From Luminiphilus sp. (GTDB lineage: Bacteria; Pseudomonadota; Gammaproteobacteria; Pseudomonadales; Halieaceae), in NCBI GenBank assembly GCA_965662305.1, contig CBFIHK010000001.1:15377-79376 (forward strand): 64,000 nt of DNA, in the 5' to 3' direction. A program made the position numbers and the translations under genes. Below, in pieces: positions 56,262 to 64,000 of this stretch (within the stretch, counting starts at the first letter, position 1; every line of letters begins with the position of its first letter). The notes under the pieces are model-generated. The model made no database searches. It had not been told where the DNA came from and was given only the letters and a program-made list of their open reading frames with translations.

Positions 56262-57092
56262 TCAGGTGCCATCTGCGAGAAGGGCGCCGCGCAATTCACG
56301 TGCTTTTTGCTGAACGAGTTCTGCGTTCTCTGGACCCATGCGGAGGACTTGTTTTTGAAGTGCTGTCAGTGACTCGAGTTCGGGGTCCATGTACATCCAG
56401 TTGGCTTCATTGCGCATGAGTTCGGCATCCGCGGGTAAGCTGGGGGTGGCTATTATCTGTGTTGTTGCCGCAAGCGCAGCGCCTCGGATGTCAAAGTCGC
56501 TTATCCCCATGTTCGATAGGGCGGCAGTGGCGAGCAATTCATAGTCGTTAAAAGCGGCCACGGTAGCGTCTATATCCAGACTATTTACCCAGTTTGCAAA
56601 GCCGTCGTAGCGCGAAAATCCTGCAGGGTCCATGGTCACGCGCAGGCCATCATCTGAAATAGGGAAAGCGCTTGCGGGTTTTCCAACGGGCAGTAACTTA
56701 TAAGGGACCTCGCCTCGCCGAAGTGCGTCGACAATAGCCACAGTACGTTCAACGACATAGTTGCCAGCAACGAATTGCTTCAGAGCTTTGCCACCATTGA
56801 GTGAATCGACAATTTCCCGGGCATAGTCGTCGGCGGTCTCCTCCGTGACTGCTGGTGGTGGAGGCTCAACGGCCTCAGGGACAAATACCGGTACCAGTTC
56901 TGGCTCTGGCTCTGCCTCAACAATGACAGGTTCAACTATTTCAACTGGCTGTACCACAGCCACGTCCTCCATGGGCGTGGACTCACCGTAGTCCCCTGTT
57001 GCGAGGATGAACATTAATGTCGCTAGTAACAGAGCGACAATAATGCCCAAAATAATGGGCTGAACTTTTGAGTCTGATTGCGCTTCTGACAT
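56262..57092 (-). CDS. DUF3014-like membrane-anchored protein
   Basis: N-terminal TM, Pro/Glu-rich linker, SRYD, DPELESLTALQKQVLRMGPENA motif. Confidence 0.75.
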   Translation of the reverse strand: MSEAQSDSKVQPIILGIIVALLLATLMFILATGDYGESTPMEDVAVVQPVEIVEPVIVEAEPEPELVPVFVPEAVEPPPPAVTEETADDYAREIVDSLNGGKALKQFVAGNYVVERTVAIVDALRRGEVPYKLLPVGKPASAFPISDDGLRVTMDPAGFSRYDGFANWVNSLDIDATVAAFNDYELLATAALSNMGISDFDIRGAALAATTQIIATPSLPADAELMRNEANWMYMDPELESLTALQKQVLRMGPENAELVQQKARELRGALLADGT

Positions 57093-57180
57093 TGGTTTAC
57101 CCCCGCGTTCTTCTCGTAGACAAGAGGGTACCCAAGAAAGTTCACGGGAGCGATATCAGGATTGAAAATATCCCGCTGTT

Positions 57181-57816
57181 TTACAATGCTTTTGGAAGGT
57201 GATCAGGTTTTGCGTAGGTATAGCGCTGTCCTGTATCGACCGTGTGATACGCGTCGAGTCCTGCCGCAGCAACAAGGCCAAGTGTATGCAAATCAAGAGT
57301 GCCGTCCTCGCGGTGGGCTGTCTCGTCAAATTCAAGGGTCTCTACCGAGCCAATAAGAAGCTGAGTGCCGTTTATTTGAAGTGGATGGTGCTCCACGAGT
57401 TTGAGTCCGATTTTGAGTGGGGATTCTGCGACAAAAGGTGCCTCAACTGGTGATCGCCAGAGAGGGTCAAAACCGCATTCTACAAATTCAGACTGCTCGC
57501 GCGCAAAACGTGCTGATGTTTGATGGCCGCGCTGAGTCATATTGAGCGTCATCGCGTTAAAGGTGTACCAGCCCGTCTCGAGTATATTTTCCAGTGTGTG
57601 CCGCTCTGTGCCCTGAGGGGCAGGGCGGATAATCATTCCGAGCAGCGCCGGGGCTGCACCAATGTGAAAACACGAGTTAATAACGGAGAGGTTGGTCTGC
57701 GCGCCACCGCTTGCGGTGCCAACCAGAACCACCGGCTTGTAGCCAGGAATGCTATTGATTAAGGCGGCACGCTGACGTTGAGGCAGAGCCTCGAGTTCTG
57801 CTTTTTGAAGGATCAT
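57181..57816 (-). CDS. flavin reductase (DIM6/NTAB) family protein
   Basis: LINSIPGYK..LVGT, NLS.INS.FHIGA.P, RHTLENI, HQTSARF, GLDAYH. Start ATG 57816 overlaps the upstream stop (ATGA). Confidence 0.85.
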   Translation of the reverse strand: MILQKAELEALPQRQRAALINSIPGYKPVVLVGTASGGAQTNLSVINSCFHIGAAPALLGMIIRPAPQGTERHTLENILETGWYTFNAMTLNMTQRGHQTSARFAREQSEFVECGFDPLWRSPVEAPFVAESPLKIGLKLVEHHPLQINGTQLLIGSVETLEFDETAHREDGTLDLHTLGLVAAAGLDAYHTVDTGQRYTYAKPDHLPKAL

Positions 57817-58193
57817 TCCGCAGCTCGATGGTCCGTGAGCTCTGGCTTCGCAGTAAGCTCGCCGTACAGCCCCTCGTAGCGCCGTTTCGCCCAAAACGCA
57901 TAGACAGGGTCGACGATCTGCTTGATCACCGGCCAACGTAACCAGGCCCAGAGTGCGCCAAAGCGAGTGTGCTGCCAGGCAGCTACATTCGCGTCGGCCC
58001 CGACAACCCATTCGTCACCGCGTTTAAGGTGCAGATTCAGTAGCAGGTCCTCTTTAGTTGGCATCTCATCGCTTACTTCAAGGCCATGGATATCGACAAG
58101 ATCAAGGCTCTCGCGCTTCAGTTTGGCGAGGTGCTTCATTTCTCGCGCGCACAGCGGGCATGCGCCATCATAGTAGAGCGTTTCTTTCGTCAT
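57813..58193 (-). CDS. DCC (DUF393) thiol-disulfide oxidoreductase-like protein
   Basis: LYYDGACPLC (DxxCxxC), VDI, LH, G.DA, Y..WA.RR. Confidence 0.88.
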   Translation of the reverse strand: MTKETLYYDGACPLCAREMKHLAKLKRESLDLVDIHGLEVSDEMPTKEDLLLNLHLKRGDEWVVGADANVAAWQHTRFGALWAWLRWPVIKQIVDPVYAFWAKRRYEGLYGELTAKPELTDHRAAE

Positions 58194-58257
58194 AGAAGAT
58201 TCCGGTGGCTGGTGTTAGCTAATGCTAGACACAACAGAGATTAAAAACTTCGCTTGC

Positions 58258-58791
58258 TCAACTCGCGTCCATTTCAGCAAGCATTTTTTTGATGCTGTCG
58301 GCGAGTTTTAGCTCATCACCTCGCTTGAAACCGATGTGTATTTCTCTAACGCGTCCCAGTTCATCGATAAGATAGCCTGATGGCATGCCATCAACAGCGA
58401 AGGTCCGAGCAATATCGCCTTCGGTATCGATAACAACGGGATAATCAACCGAGTACCGCTTTAGAAAATCCCAGGCGTCTTCCTCGACTACATCAATGCT
58501 GATGGCCAGGAATTGAACGGGATCCTCTGCAAATTCTGAATTAAGCGCATTCAGAGCAGGGAGGCTCAGCCTGCAGGGCCCGCACCACGAGGCCCAAAAA
58601 TCGACGTACGTGATCTTTCCCCGAAAGTCAGACATCGAGATGTCGCCGTCAGCATTTTGTATGGCAGGAAGGGTCCAGTTTGGAGCCTCTACGGGGGGCG
58701 ATACGACGACAACGTTGGTCCCGACCTCGGCAACGACTAACGAGCTCCATAGCATACCCATACCCAAAAGGACTTTTATAACGTACTTCAT
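58258..58791 (-). CDS. TlpA/ResA-family thiol-disulfide reductase, exported
   Basis: Signal peptide, APNWTL, VDFWASWCGPC, GMP. Confidence 0.9.
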   Translation of the reverse strand: MKYVIKVLLGMGMLWSSLVVAEVGTNVVVVSPPVEAPNWTLPAIQNADGDISMSDFRGKITYVDFWASWCGPCRLSLPALNALNSEFAEDPVQFLAISIDVVEEDAWDFLKRYSVDYPVVIDTEGDIARTFAVDGMPSGYLIDELGRVREIHIGFKRGDELKLADSIKKMLAEMDAS

Positions 58792-58938
58792 ACTTACACC
58801 GATTAATTTTGTACTCATGATACGAAACTTCAGTCGTTCTTGATTAGGTTTTTTGTCCGGTGTTTTTTTACCTAAACCGAGGTTATTCTCTAATGCAGAC
58901 GTTAATTGACGACGAAAAGCATGGTGAAGGTTAGAAAC

Positions 58939-59481
58939 ATGCTGATTGCTCAGCGTAAAACAAAGCCTAAAACAAAAGGTTTCACAATGACCGAGGCGAT
59001 GGTCGTCGTGGCGCTGATCTCAGTTCTGGCTGCAATTGCACTCCCCATTTTTTCAGGCAGTCTCGAACGCCAGCGGCTGCGAAACGCCGTTGAGCTTTTG
59101 GTCTCAGATATGAGGTTAGCGAGAACGAGCGCCGAGTCGCAGGGCGCAAGGGGTAGTTCAGTGGTTGAATTAACAGTCGACTCTGGAGACTCTTCTGTGT
59201 GGAGTTACACTGTGACAAATGATCTAAATGGAACTCTGCTTTCTCGAACCAGTTCTGACCTCACAGGTGAGATTGCGATGCAGGTATCTGACTTCGGTGA
59301 TTCTGATGGCGACGGTAAAACAGACATTGTCTTCACCTCCGTTCGCGGGCTTGATTCAGATGCGGATGGCGAGATATCGCTTATGATTGGTAGCACCTCT
59401 GCAGTCGTTAGCAGAAATCTACTAGGGCTGATCTCGGTCTGCTCCAACTCCAGCCTTGGATACGCGTCATGCGGCAGCTAG
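58939..59481 (+). CDS. type IV minor pilin, FimT/GspH-like
   Basis: Class III signal KG|FTMTEAMVVVALISVLAAIALP, L.SD..LAR..A, C-terminal Cys pair. Confidence 0.85.
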   Translation: MLIAQRKTKPKTKGFTMTEAMVVVALISVLAAIALPIFSGSLERQRLRNAVELLVSDMRLARTSAESQGARGSSVVELTVDSGDSSVWSYTVTNDLNGTLLSRTSSDLTGEIAMQVSDFGDSDGDGKTDIVFTSVRGLDSDADGEISLMIGSTSAVVSRNLLGLISVCSNSSLGYASCGS

Positions 59482-60329
59482 GTCTGAGCCTCGTTGAGCT
59501 GTTGGTGGCTATCGCTATCGGCAGTTTTATCGCTCTTGCCGGCACAACCTATTTCACAACCACCTTTGGCGCTGGAATCTCTGTACAAAAGGCCACGCGC
59601 GCGCAGGAACAGTTTACTGCGCTAACAACCGCTGCGGTTAGCGAGTTGCGCCGTGCAGGCTATCGGGGAAATCCGGCACAGCTTGCTAATTATTTGGGCT
59701 CTACGGTCGGTTCCGGCGGTGCGGGCACTGAAGGCACCTATCCTGCGGTAGATGTAAGTACGCAGTCATGTGCTTTGTTTAGCTACGGTCGTCAGCATGT
59801 TTGCGGAGGAAACGACAATAATCTTTTCAACGCATGTCGAGCTGGAGATGGCTCATTGTCTCCGGGTCAGACGGTATTGCACTACCGCATTGGATTGAGG
59901 TTACAAGCAGGTGTTGTAGAGGCAGTATCAACAATTCATCCCGATCAATATGACGCGCCCAGCGCAACCGCGCCGGTTGCATCCGAATGCGGTGACTCTG
60001 GCGTGTCTACTGGTTGGAACGCAATCACATCGCTACAGGATTTATATGTTGATCGATTAGTTTTTACACAGGTTGGCGAGACCTATTTTGATTCTGATCA
60101 AGGCTGCGAGTTTGCCGTAGACGGCTGCGAAACGAACACATCTGCTTGTGGCGATTCCATATCGTGCCGCATCGAGCGCCTCTATAAAGTGGAAGTATGT
60201 GCGTACACTGAAAATACTGACGATCTGTGTGTGCCTGCTGCCGACGGGACACAGCCTGATGGACAGTTGTATGCGGAACTATTTGTTTCGCCCAGAAACA
60301 GTGTTTTGATCTCAAGGAGTTATCCATGA
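59469..60329 (+). CDS. type IV minor pilin, PilW-like (10 Cys)
   Basis: G|LSLVELLVAIAIG, ELRRAGY, C-terminal PRN. Confidence 0.85.
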   Translation: MRQLGLSLVELLVAIAIGSFIALAGTTYFTTTFGAGISVQKATRAQEQFTALTTAAVSELRRAGYRGNPAQLANYLGSTVGSGGAGTEGTYPAVDVSTQSCALFSYGRQHVCGGNDNNLFNACRAGDGSLSPGQTVLHYRIGLRLQAGVVEAVSTIHPDQYDAPSATAPVASECGDSGVSTGWNAITSLQDLYVDRLVFTQVGETYFDSDQGCEFAVDGCETNTSACGDSISCRIERLYKVEVCAYTENTDDLCVPAADGTQPDGQLYAELFVSPRNSVLISRSYP

Positions 60330-61474
60330 TGACGCCAATTCACGACAGACAAGCTGGCTACTACACGATCGTTATCGTTACGATCCTTGGGCTCTTATCT
60401 TTGCTCGCAAGTAGAACAATGACGGTTGCAACACAGGACGTAATCCGATTGTCTGTGCAGGAGCAGTCGAACACCGAAGCGTTCTACGCGGCGGAGCAGG
60501 TGATGGCACAGGCACTGGTGTGGTATCAGTCCAATACGCCGACGTACTCCGGGGGCACATCCGTGACCTACACCAGTGCGGACGATGGAGTTTCGGATAT
60601 TGTGATCGCAGCAGCGCAGGGCGGCGACAGCACTGACAGGACCTATGCTTCAGAGTTTTGGTTTGTGCAGGGTAGTGGAGATGAAGTCCGGGCTTTTGCA
60701 CGAGCTTCAAATTCATTGGGCTCTCAGACAGTGTCTCAGTGGATTGCAGAGCAGTCTCTCCTACTGACAACGGCACTCGATAACCCCGTGGCACTTGCGG
60801 GTTGCTTCAATACGATAAACGGCACCCCTGAGATCAATGCAGTGCGCGACGATGGCACTCGGCCTACAGGCACAAACTCCATTCAGATTCCGGCCAGCTG
60901 TGGGACAGATGCCTCGGTCTCTTCCTCTTGCAACGGCAGTAGTTACGGTAAGCTTAACAAGGGCCCGGGTAATAGTTGCACAGAGCCGATTTATGCTGAC
61001 TTGTCGACGTCAGGCGATCTTTGGGACACGATTTTCAATATCAGCCAGAGTGAGATGAGGACACTTGCCGATGCCTCCAACTCCGACAATCTTCATTGGA
61101 TAGAGAGCGGCAGTCAGGCGCTATCCAATTATGGTTCGCCCTCGAGTCCGATAATTTTGATACTTGAACAGTGCCCATCGCTCCCGGCAAATACGGAAAT
61201 TGTGGGTATTGTTTTTAGCCAGGGTTCGAATTGCAGCATGCAGGGTTCCGGAGCCCAACAAATAAAGGGTGCACTGATCATCAATGGCGTTAATGGTGCG
61301 GGGAATAGCATCAATAAGTGGAACGCGAACGATGTTGTCGAAGCAGCTTATATCGAGGGTAGCGACAGCAATAGTGGGTTCTCTTCCGAGAATCAAATAG
61401 CCTTCGATGAAACAGACTTCGCATCAAATGTAAAAGTGATACCCGGAACTTGGACCGATGTGGACGCCTCTTAA
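60326..61474 (+). CDS. type IV minor pilin, PilX-like with an extended C-terminal domain
   Basis: RQAG|YYTIVIV lacks Glu5 (typical of PilX), AFYAAE motif, C-terminal PGTWTD. Confidence 0.8.
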   Translation: MMTPIHDRQAGYYTIVIVTILGLLSLLASRTMTVATQDVIRLSVQEQSNTEAFYAAEQVMAQALVWYQSNTPTYSGGTSVTYTSADDGVSDIVIAAAQGGDSTDRTYASEFWFVQGSGDEVRAFARASNSLGSQTVSQWIAEQSLLLTTALDNPVALAGCFNTINGTPEINAVRDDGTRPTGTNSIQIPASCGTDASVSSSCNGSSYGKLNKGPGNSCTEPIYADLSTSGDLWDTIFNISQSEMRTLADASNSDNLHWIESGSQALSNYGSPSSPIILILEQCPSLPANTEIVGIVFSQGSNCSMQGSGAQQIKGALIINGVNGAGNSINKWNANDVVEAAYIEGSDSNSGFSSENQIAFDETDFASNVKVIPGTWTDVDAS

Positions 61475-61617
61475 CGTACGCTCTGGTGGAAATTTGGCAT
61501 CGTGCGGTAATTTTGTGAACGATGTCACGGAGCACGGGGATCCGCTGTAGCACCAAAGTATGGGCTATGTCATCGTTGGGACTGACGTTTTTGGCGTCTA
61601 GGGAGTCGCCTGATCTC

Positions 61618-62058
61618 ATGGAAAACGCAAGCGTACAACGTGGAATTGGCGTTACTGAAGTGCTAATTGCCGCCTTTATATTGTCAACCCTTGTCGTTGG
61701 TGGTCTGCGCTTGTACGCAGTCTCGGCGTCAGAGCGAGCTTTGAGCGCGGAGAAACTCGAGGCCGCTAAGATATTAAGTTCCGCAATGGAGGCTGGCTAT
61801 TTCAATGCTGATACAACCTCGTGGCAGAGCGTTGCCAATGAGCTTGAGCTGAGTCGGCCAAGCACTCGATTCAATTTAAATCTAGAACTCAATGAATCCC
61901 AGTTTTTCAACGAAGTAAAGTCAGTCTCGGTAATTTACCTCTCTCGGAAGACGCAAGGCGCGGTTGCTGAAAGGACACTTGAGGGGGCTCGAAGTAAGTA
62001 TTGGAGTTTCGGCTCAGTGGACGATATTGAGAAGGTTGTCGCGGGAATACCTTTGTGA
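61618..62058 (+). CDS. type IV minor pilin, PilV-like
   Basis: QRG|IGVTEVLIAAFIL prepilin motif; AGGGAG upstream of ATG 61618. Confidence 0.72.
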   Translation: MENASVQRGIGVTEVLIAAFILSTLVVGGLRLYAVSASERALSAEKLEAAKILSSAMEAGYFNADTTSWQSVANELELSRPSTRFNLNLELNESQFFNEVKSVSVIYLSRKTQGAVAERTLEGARSKYWSFGSVDDIEKVVAGIPL

Positions 62059-63836
62059 GGCATCACCCTACACAAGCCGGGGAGTCGGGCCTTGGCTTGG
62101 TTGAGACGCTGGTGGCGGCTGCTATTTTGTCAACTTCTGTTGCCGGTACAGTGTATCTCACATCGTCTTCCTCCCAGCTTGGCACTGAGTCATCGACCGT
62201 CGTGAGTAGCACCAATTTTGGTGCCGCAGCAGTAGAAATTGCACACTTCAAACCTGACGTGACCTACATCAGCTCACAGCTGAGTGGCATGCAGACAAAT
62301 TCACGTAATACATCGTTCAGTGTCAGCGGCGTTGGTGTGACCCCTTCCGGCAGCTCAGACAGCGTCGTTGTTACCGTGAGCTGGGGAAACCCTTTTCTTG
62401 ATGGCGAAAACAAGACGCAATCATTCACCCTGGCGGGGAGTGCAACGGCCAGCGATACATTTCAAAGCATCCAAAATGTGTTGGACGCTGACACCGGTGG
62501 TAACGAGAATTCCTCAACATTCACAGTTTCTACGTCTGTGGGGTCAGGGGCGACGATTAGTCCTTCGTCTGCGCAAGTTGTCAGCGGTAATACAACCACT
62601 TTTACTGTCGGTGTTACTTCTGGCTATGAAAATCCGACGGTTTCAGGGTGTGGTGGATCGTTAGCTGGGAGCACCTATACAACGGGCGCAATCACTGCTG
62701 ACTGCACCGTTACGGTACTTGCAGACGAGATTACTTACACAGTCGGTACGTCTGCCGGCACTGGCGTCGCTTCTTTGTCGTGCAATGATTTAACTGTAAC
62801 CGCCGGCTCTTCCACGACTTGCAGTGCAAGTCTGAGCCAGGGGTATGAAAGTCTATCTTTGCTTGGTTGTAATGGTATTGCGGGAGGTAGCCCATATAGC
62901 ACAGGTGCAATCAACGAAGACTGTACGGTAACGGCCTCAGCCACCGCAATTGAATACACAGTATCGACGTCAGCTGGAGCCGGCACCACCATATCGCCGT
63001 CCTCAGCTATTGTCGAATATGGTGCGACACCGTCATTTAGCCTGACGACCACTGGGGGGTATTCCAATTTAACAGCGGGTGGCACTTGTGGAGGTTCACT
63101 GGTTGGCTCTACGTATACCACGGCCGCTGTCACCGATGACTGTACGGTCACTGCCTCGGCTATTGCAGCAAATCAGAATCCGACGGCTTCGGCTGATACG
63201 GGTTCGGTGACTGAAGACGGTACGCAGGTAACCACGGGCAATGTGCTGGATAACGACAGTGACTCGGATGGCGGCAGCTTATCGGTCACAGCGGTTTCGG
63301 GCGGTAACAGCTATGGTGCGTTGACGTGGTCGAGTAACGGTACATGGGAGTACACCCTCGATAACGCTAACGTGACGGTTCAGGCGCTGAATACGGGGCA
63401 GACGTTAACCGACGTTTACACGTATACGCTGAGCGATGGACAGGGTGGTACAGATACGGCCACGCTGACAATTACTATCAATGGCGAGGACGAAGTTGCA
63501 GCGAGTTACACCATCAGTGTTGCTGGCGTTAAACACTCAGGAAATGGCAACTTTGTCGCTACCTCGGGCTCCTGCACCTTTACGCCTTCCTCGGGAAGTT
63601 TGCCCAACACCATCCCTGAATGCTCACTTACCAACACAAGCGCCTCGGTTACTATCAATCCCTCGCAAAAGATTTGTACCGGGAATCGTTCACACAGCAG
63701 CAGTAATCAAACGGTTGCGGTGGATTTCACGGTCTCCGGGGCAACGTCGAAGGCGGTGATTAATATTGGGCTTACTAGTAACGGTAATGGAGGTCGAAAC
63801 GCTTGTAGCAGTGCACCTCAAATCACTTGGGAGTGA
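62055..63836 (+). CDS. prepilin fused to tandem beta-repeat and VCBS/cadherin-like adhesin domains
   Basis: SG|LGLVETLVAAAIL, pilin head (VTVSW), three ~72-aa repeats, NQNPTASAD...GNVLDNDSDSDG..YTYTLSDGQGG..TITING, Cys-containing tail. Confidence 0.8.
   Translation: MRHHPTQAGESGLGLVETLVAAAILSTSVAGTVYLTSSSSQLGTESSTVVSSTNFGAAAVEIAHFKPDVTYISSQLSGMQTNSRNTSFSVSGVGVTPSGSSDSVVVTVSWGNPFLDGENKTQSFTLAGSATASDTFQSIQNVLDADTGGNENSSTFTVSTSVGSGATISPSSAQVVSGNTTTFTVGVTSGYENPTVSGCGGSLAGSTYTTGAITADCTVTVLADEITYTVGTSAGTGVASLSCNDLTVTAGSSTTCSASLSQGYESLSLLGCNGIAGGSPYSTGAINEDCTVTASATAIEYTVSTSAGAGTTISPSSAIVEYGATPSFSLTTTGGYSNLTAGGTCGGSLVGSTYTTAAVTDDCTVTASAIAANQNPTASADTGSVTEDGTQVTTGNVLDNDSDSDGGSLSVTAVSGGNSYGALTWSSNGTWEYTLDNANVTVQALNTGQTLTDVYTYTLSDGQGGTDTATLTITINGEDEVAASYTISVAGVKHSGNGNFVATSGSCTFTPSSGSLPNTIPECSLTNTSASVTINPSQKICTGNRSHSSSNQTVAVDFTVSGATSKAVINIGLTSNGNGGRNACSSAPQITWE
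62520..63160 (+). repeat. three intragenic ~72-aa repeats (InlB B-repeat / Flg_new-like)
   Basis: Repeats start at 62520, 62736 and 62955 (216- and 219-nt spacing). Consensus [YF]TVxTSxGxG...GY...C.G...Y[TS]T.A...DCTVT. Confidence 0.8.
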
Positions 63837-63902
63837 TGAGGTCAAGGTGACGGTAGTTGCGAAGTTAGCGCTCTAACGGCACTTAAAACGGATGGGCTTA
63901 CC

Positions 63903-64000
63903 TTACCAGCAAGCTGCGCCGGCATAGCCAGTGTATTCGGGGCCCGTCTGTCTGATTGCAAAGATGTTGCATGCCGTGTCGTTGGCTTGATTGCCGTTTG
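63903..64000 (-). CDS. type IV pilin PilE/ComP-like, 3' end only
   Basis: Not in the ORF track. Minus-strand translation ...NGNQANDTACNIFAIRQTGPEYTGYAGAACW* matches the Q..D..C...G...CW* ending of PilE-like pilins. Confidence 0.75.
   Translation of the reverse strand, partial: NGNQANDTACNIFAIRQTGPEYTGYAGAACW

Noticed and set aside
57817-58011. Long overlap between the flavin reductase ORF and the DCC gene
   Set aside because: The real start is ATG 57816, coupled to the DCC stop. The extension has no family similarity.

Overview
64-kb chromosomal window from a gammaproteobacterium. Gene content suggests a marine OM60/NOR5 (Halieaceae)-like lineage, but this is inference. The core block is accA-tilS-pyrG-kdsA-eno-ftsB-ispD-ispF-pcm-DUF368-nlpD / fdxA-mutS ... 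recA-recX, with truD, surE, rpoS and cinA absent from their usual slots. The left half is metabolic: sdaA (partial), apt-kynU-hydrolase, peptidases, transporters and a translationally coupled pcs-mcr operon (trifunctional propionyl-CoA synthase plus bifunctional malonyl-CoA reductase, the signature enzymes of the 3-hydroxypropionate bi-cycle). The strongest leads are: (1) a natural Met in the Pcs reductase domain at the position that appears equivalent to the engineered carboxylation-enhancing T1753M; (2) a structured, riboswitch-like leader that sequesters the pcs RBS; (3) a type IV minor-pilin cluster with no pilY1, ending instead in a pilin fused to adhesin repeats; (4) a beta-hydroxyacid dehydrogenase-GFA fusion; (5) a hybrid kinase / degenerate GGDEF / PP2C module inserted between mutS and recA. 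I saw no rRNA, tRNA, CRISPR array or transposase. All family calls come from motif recognition, not database searches.
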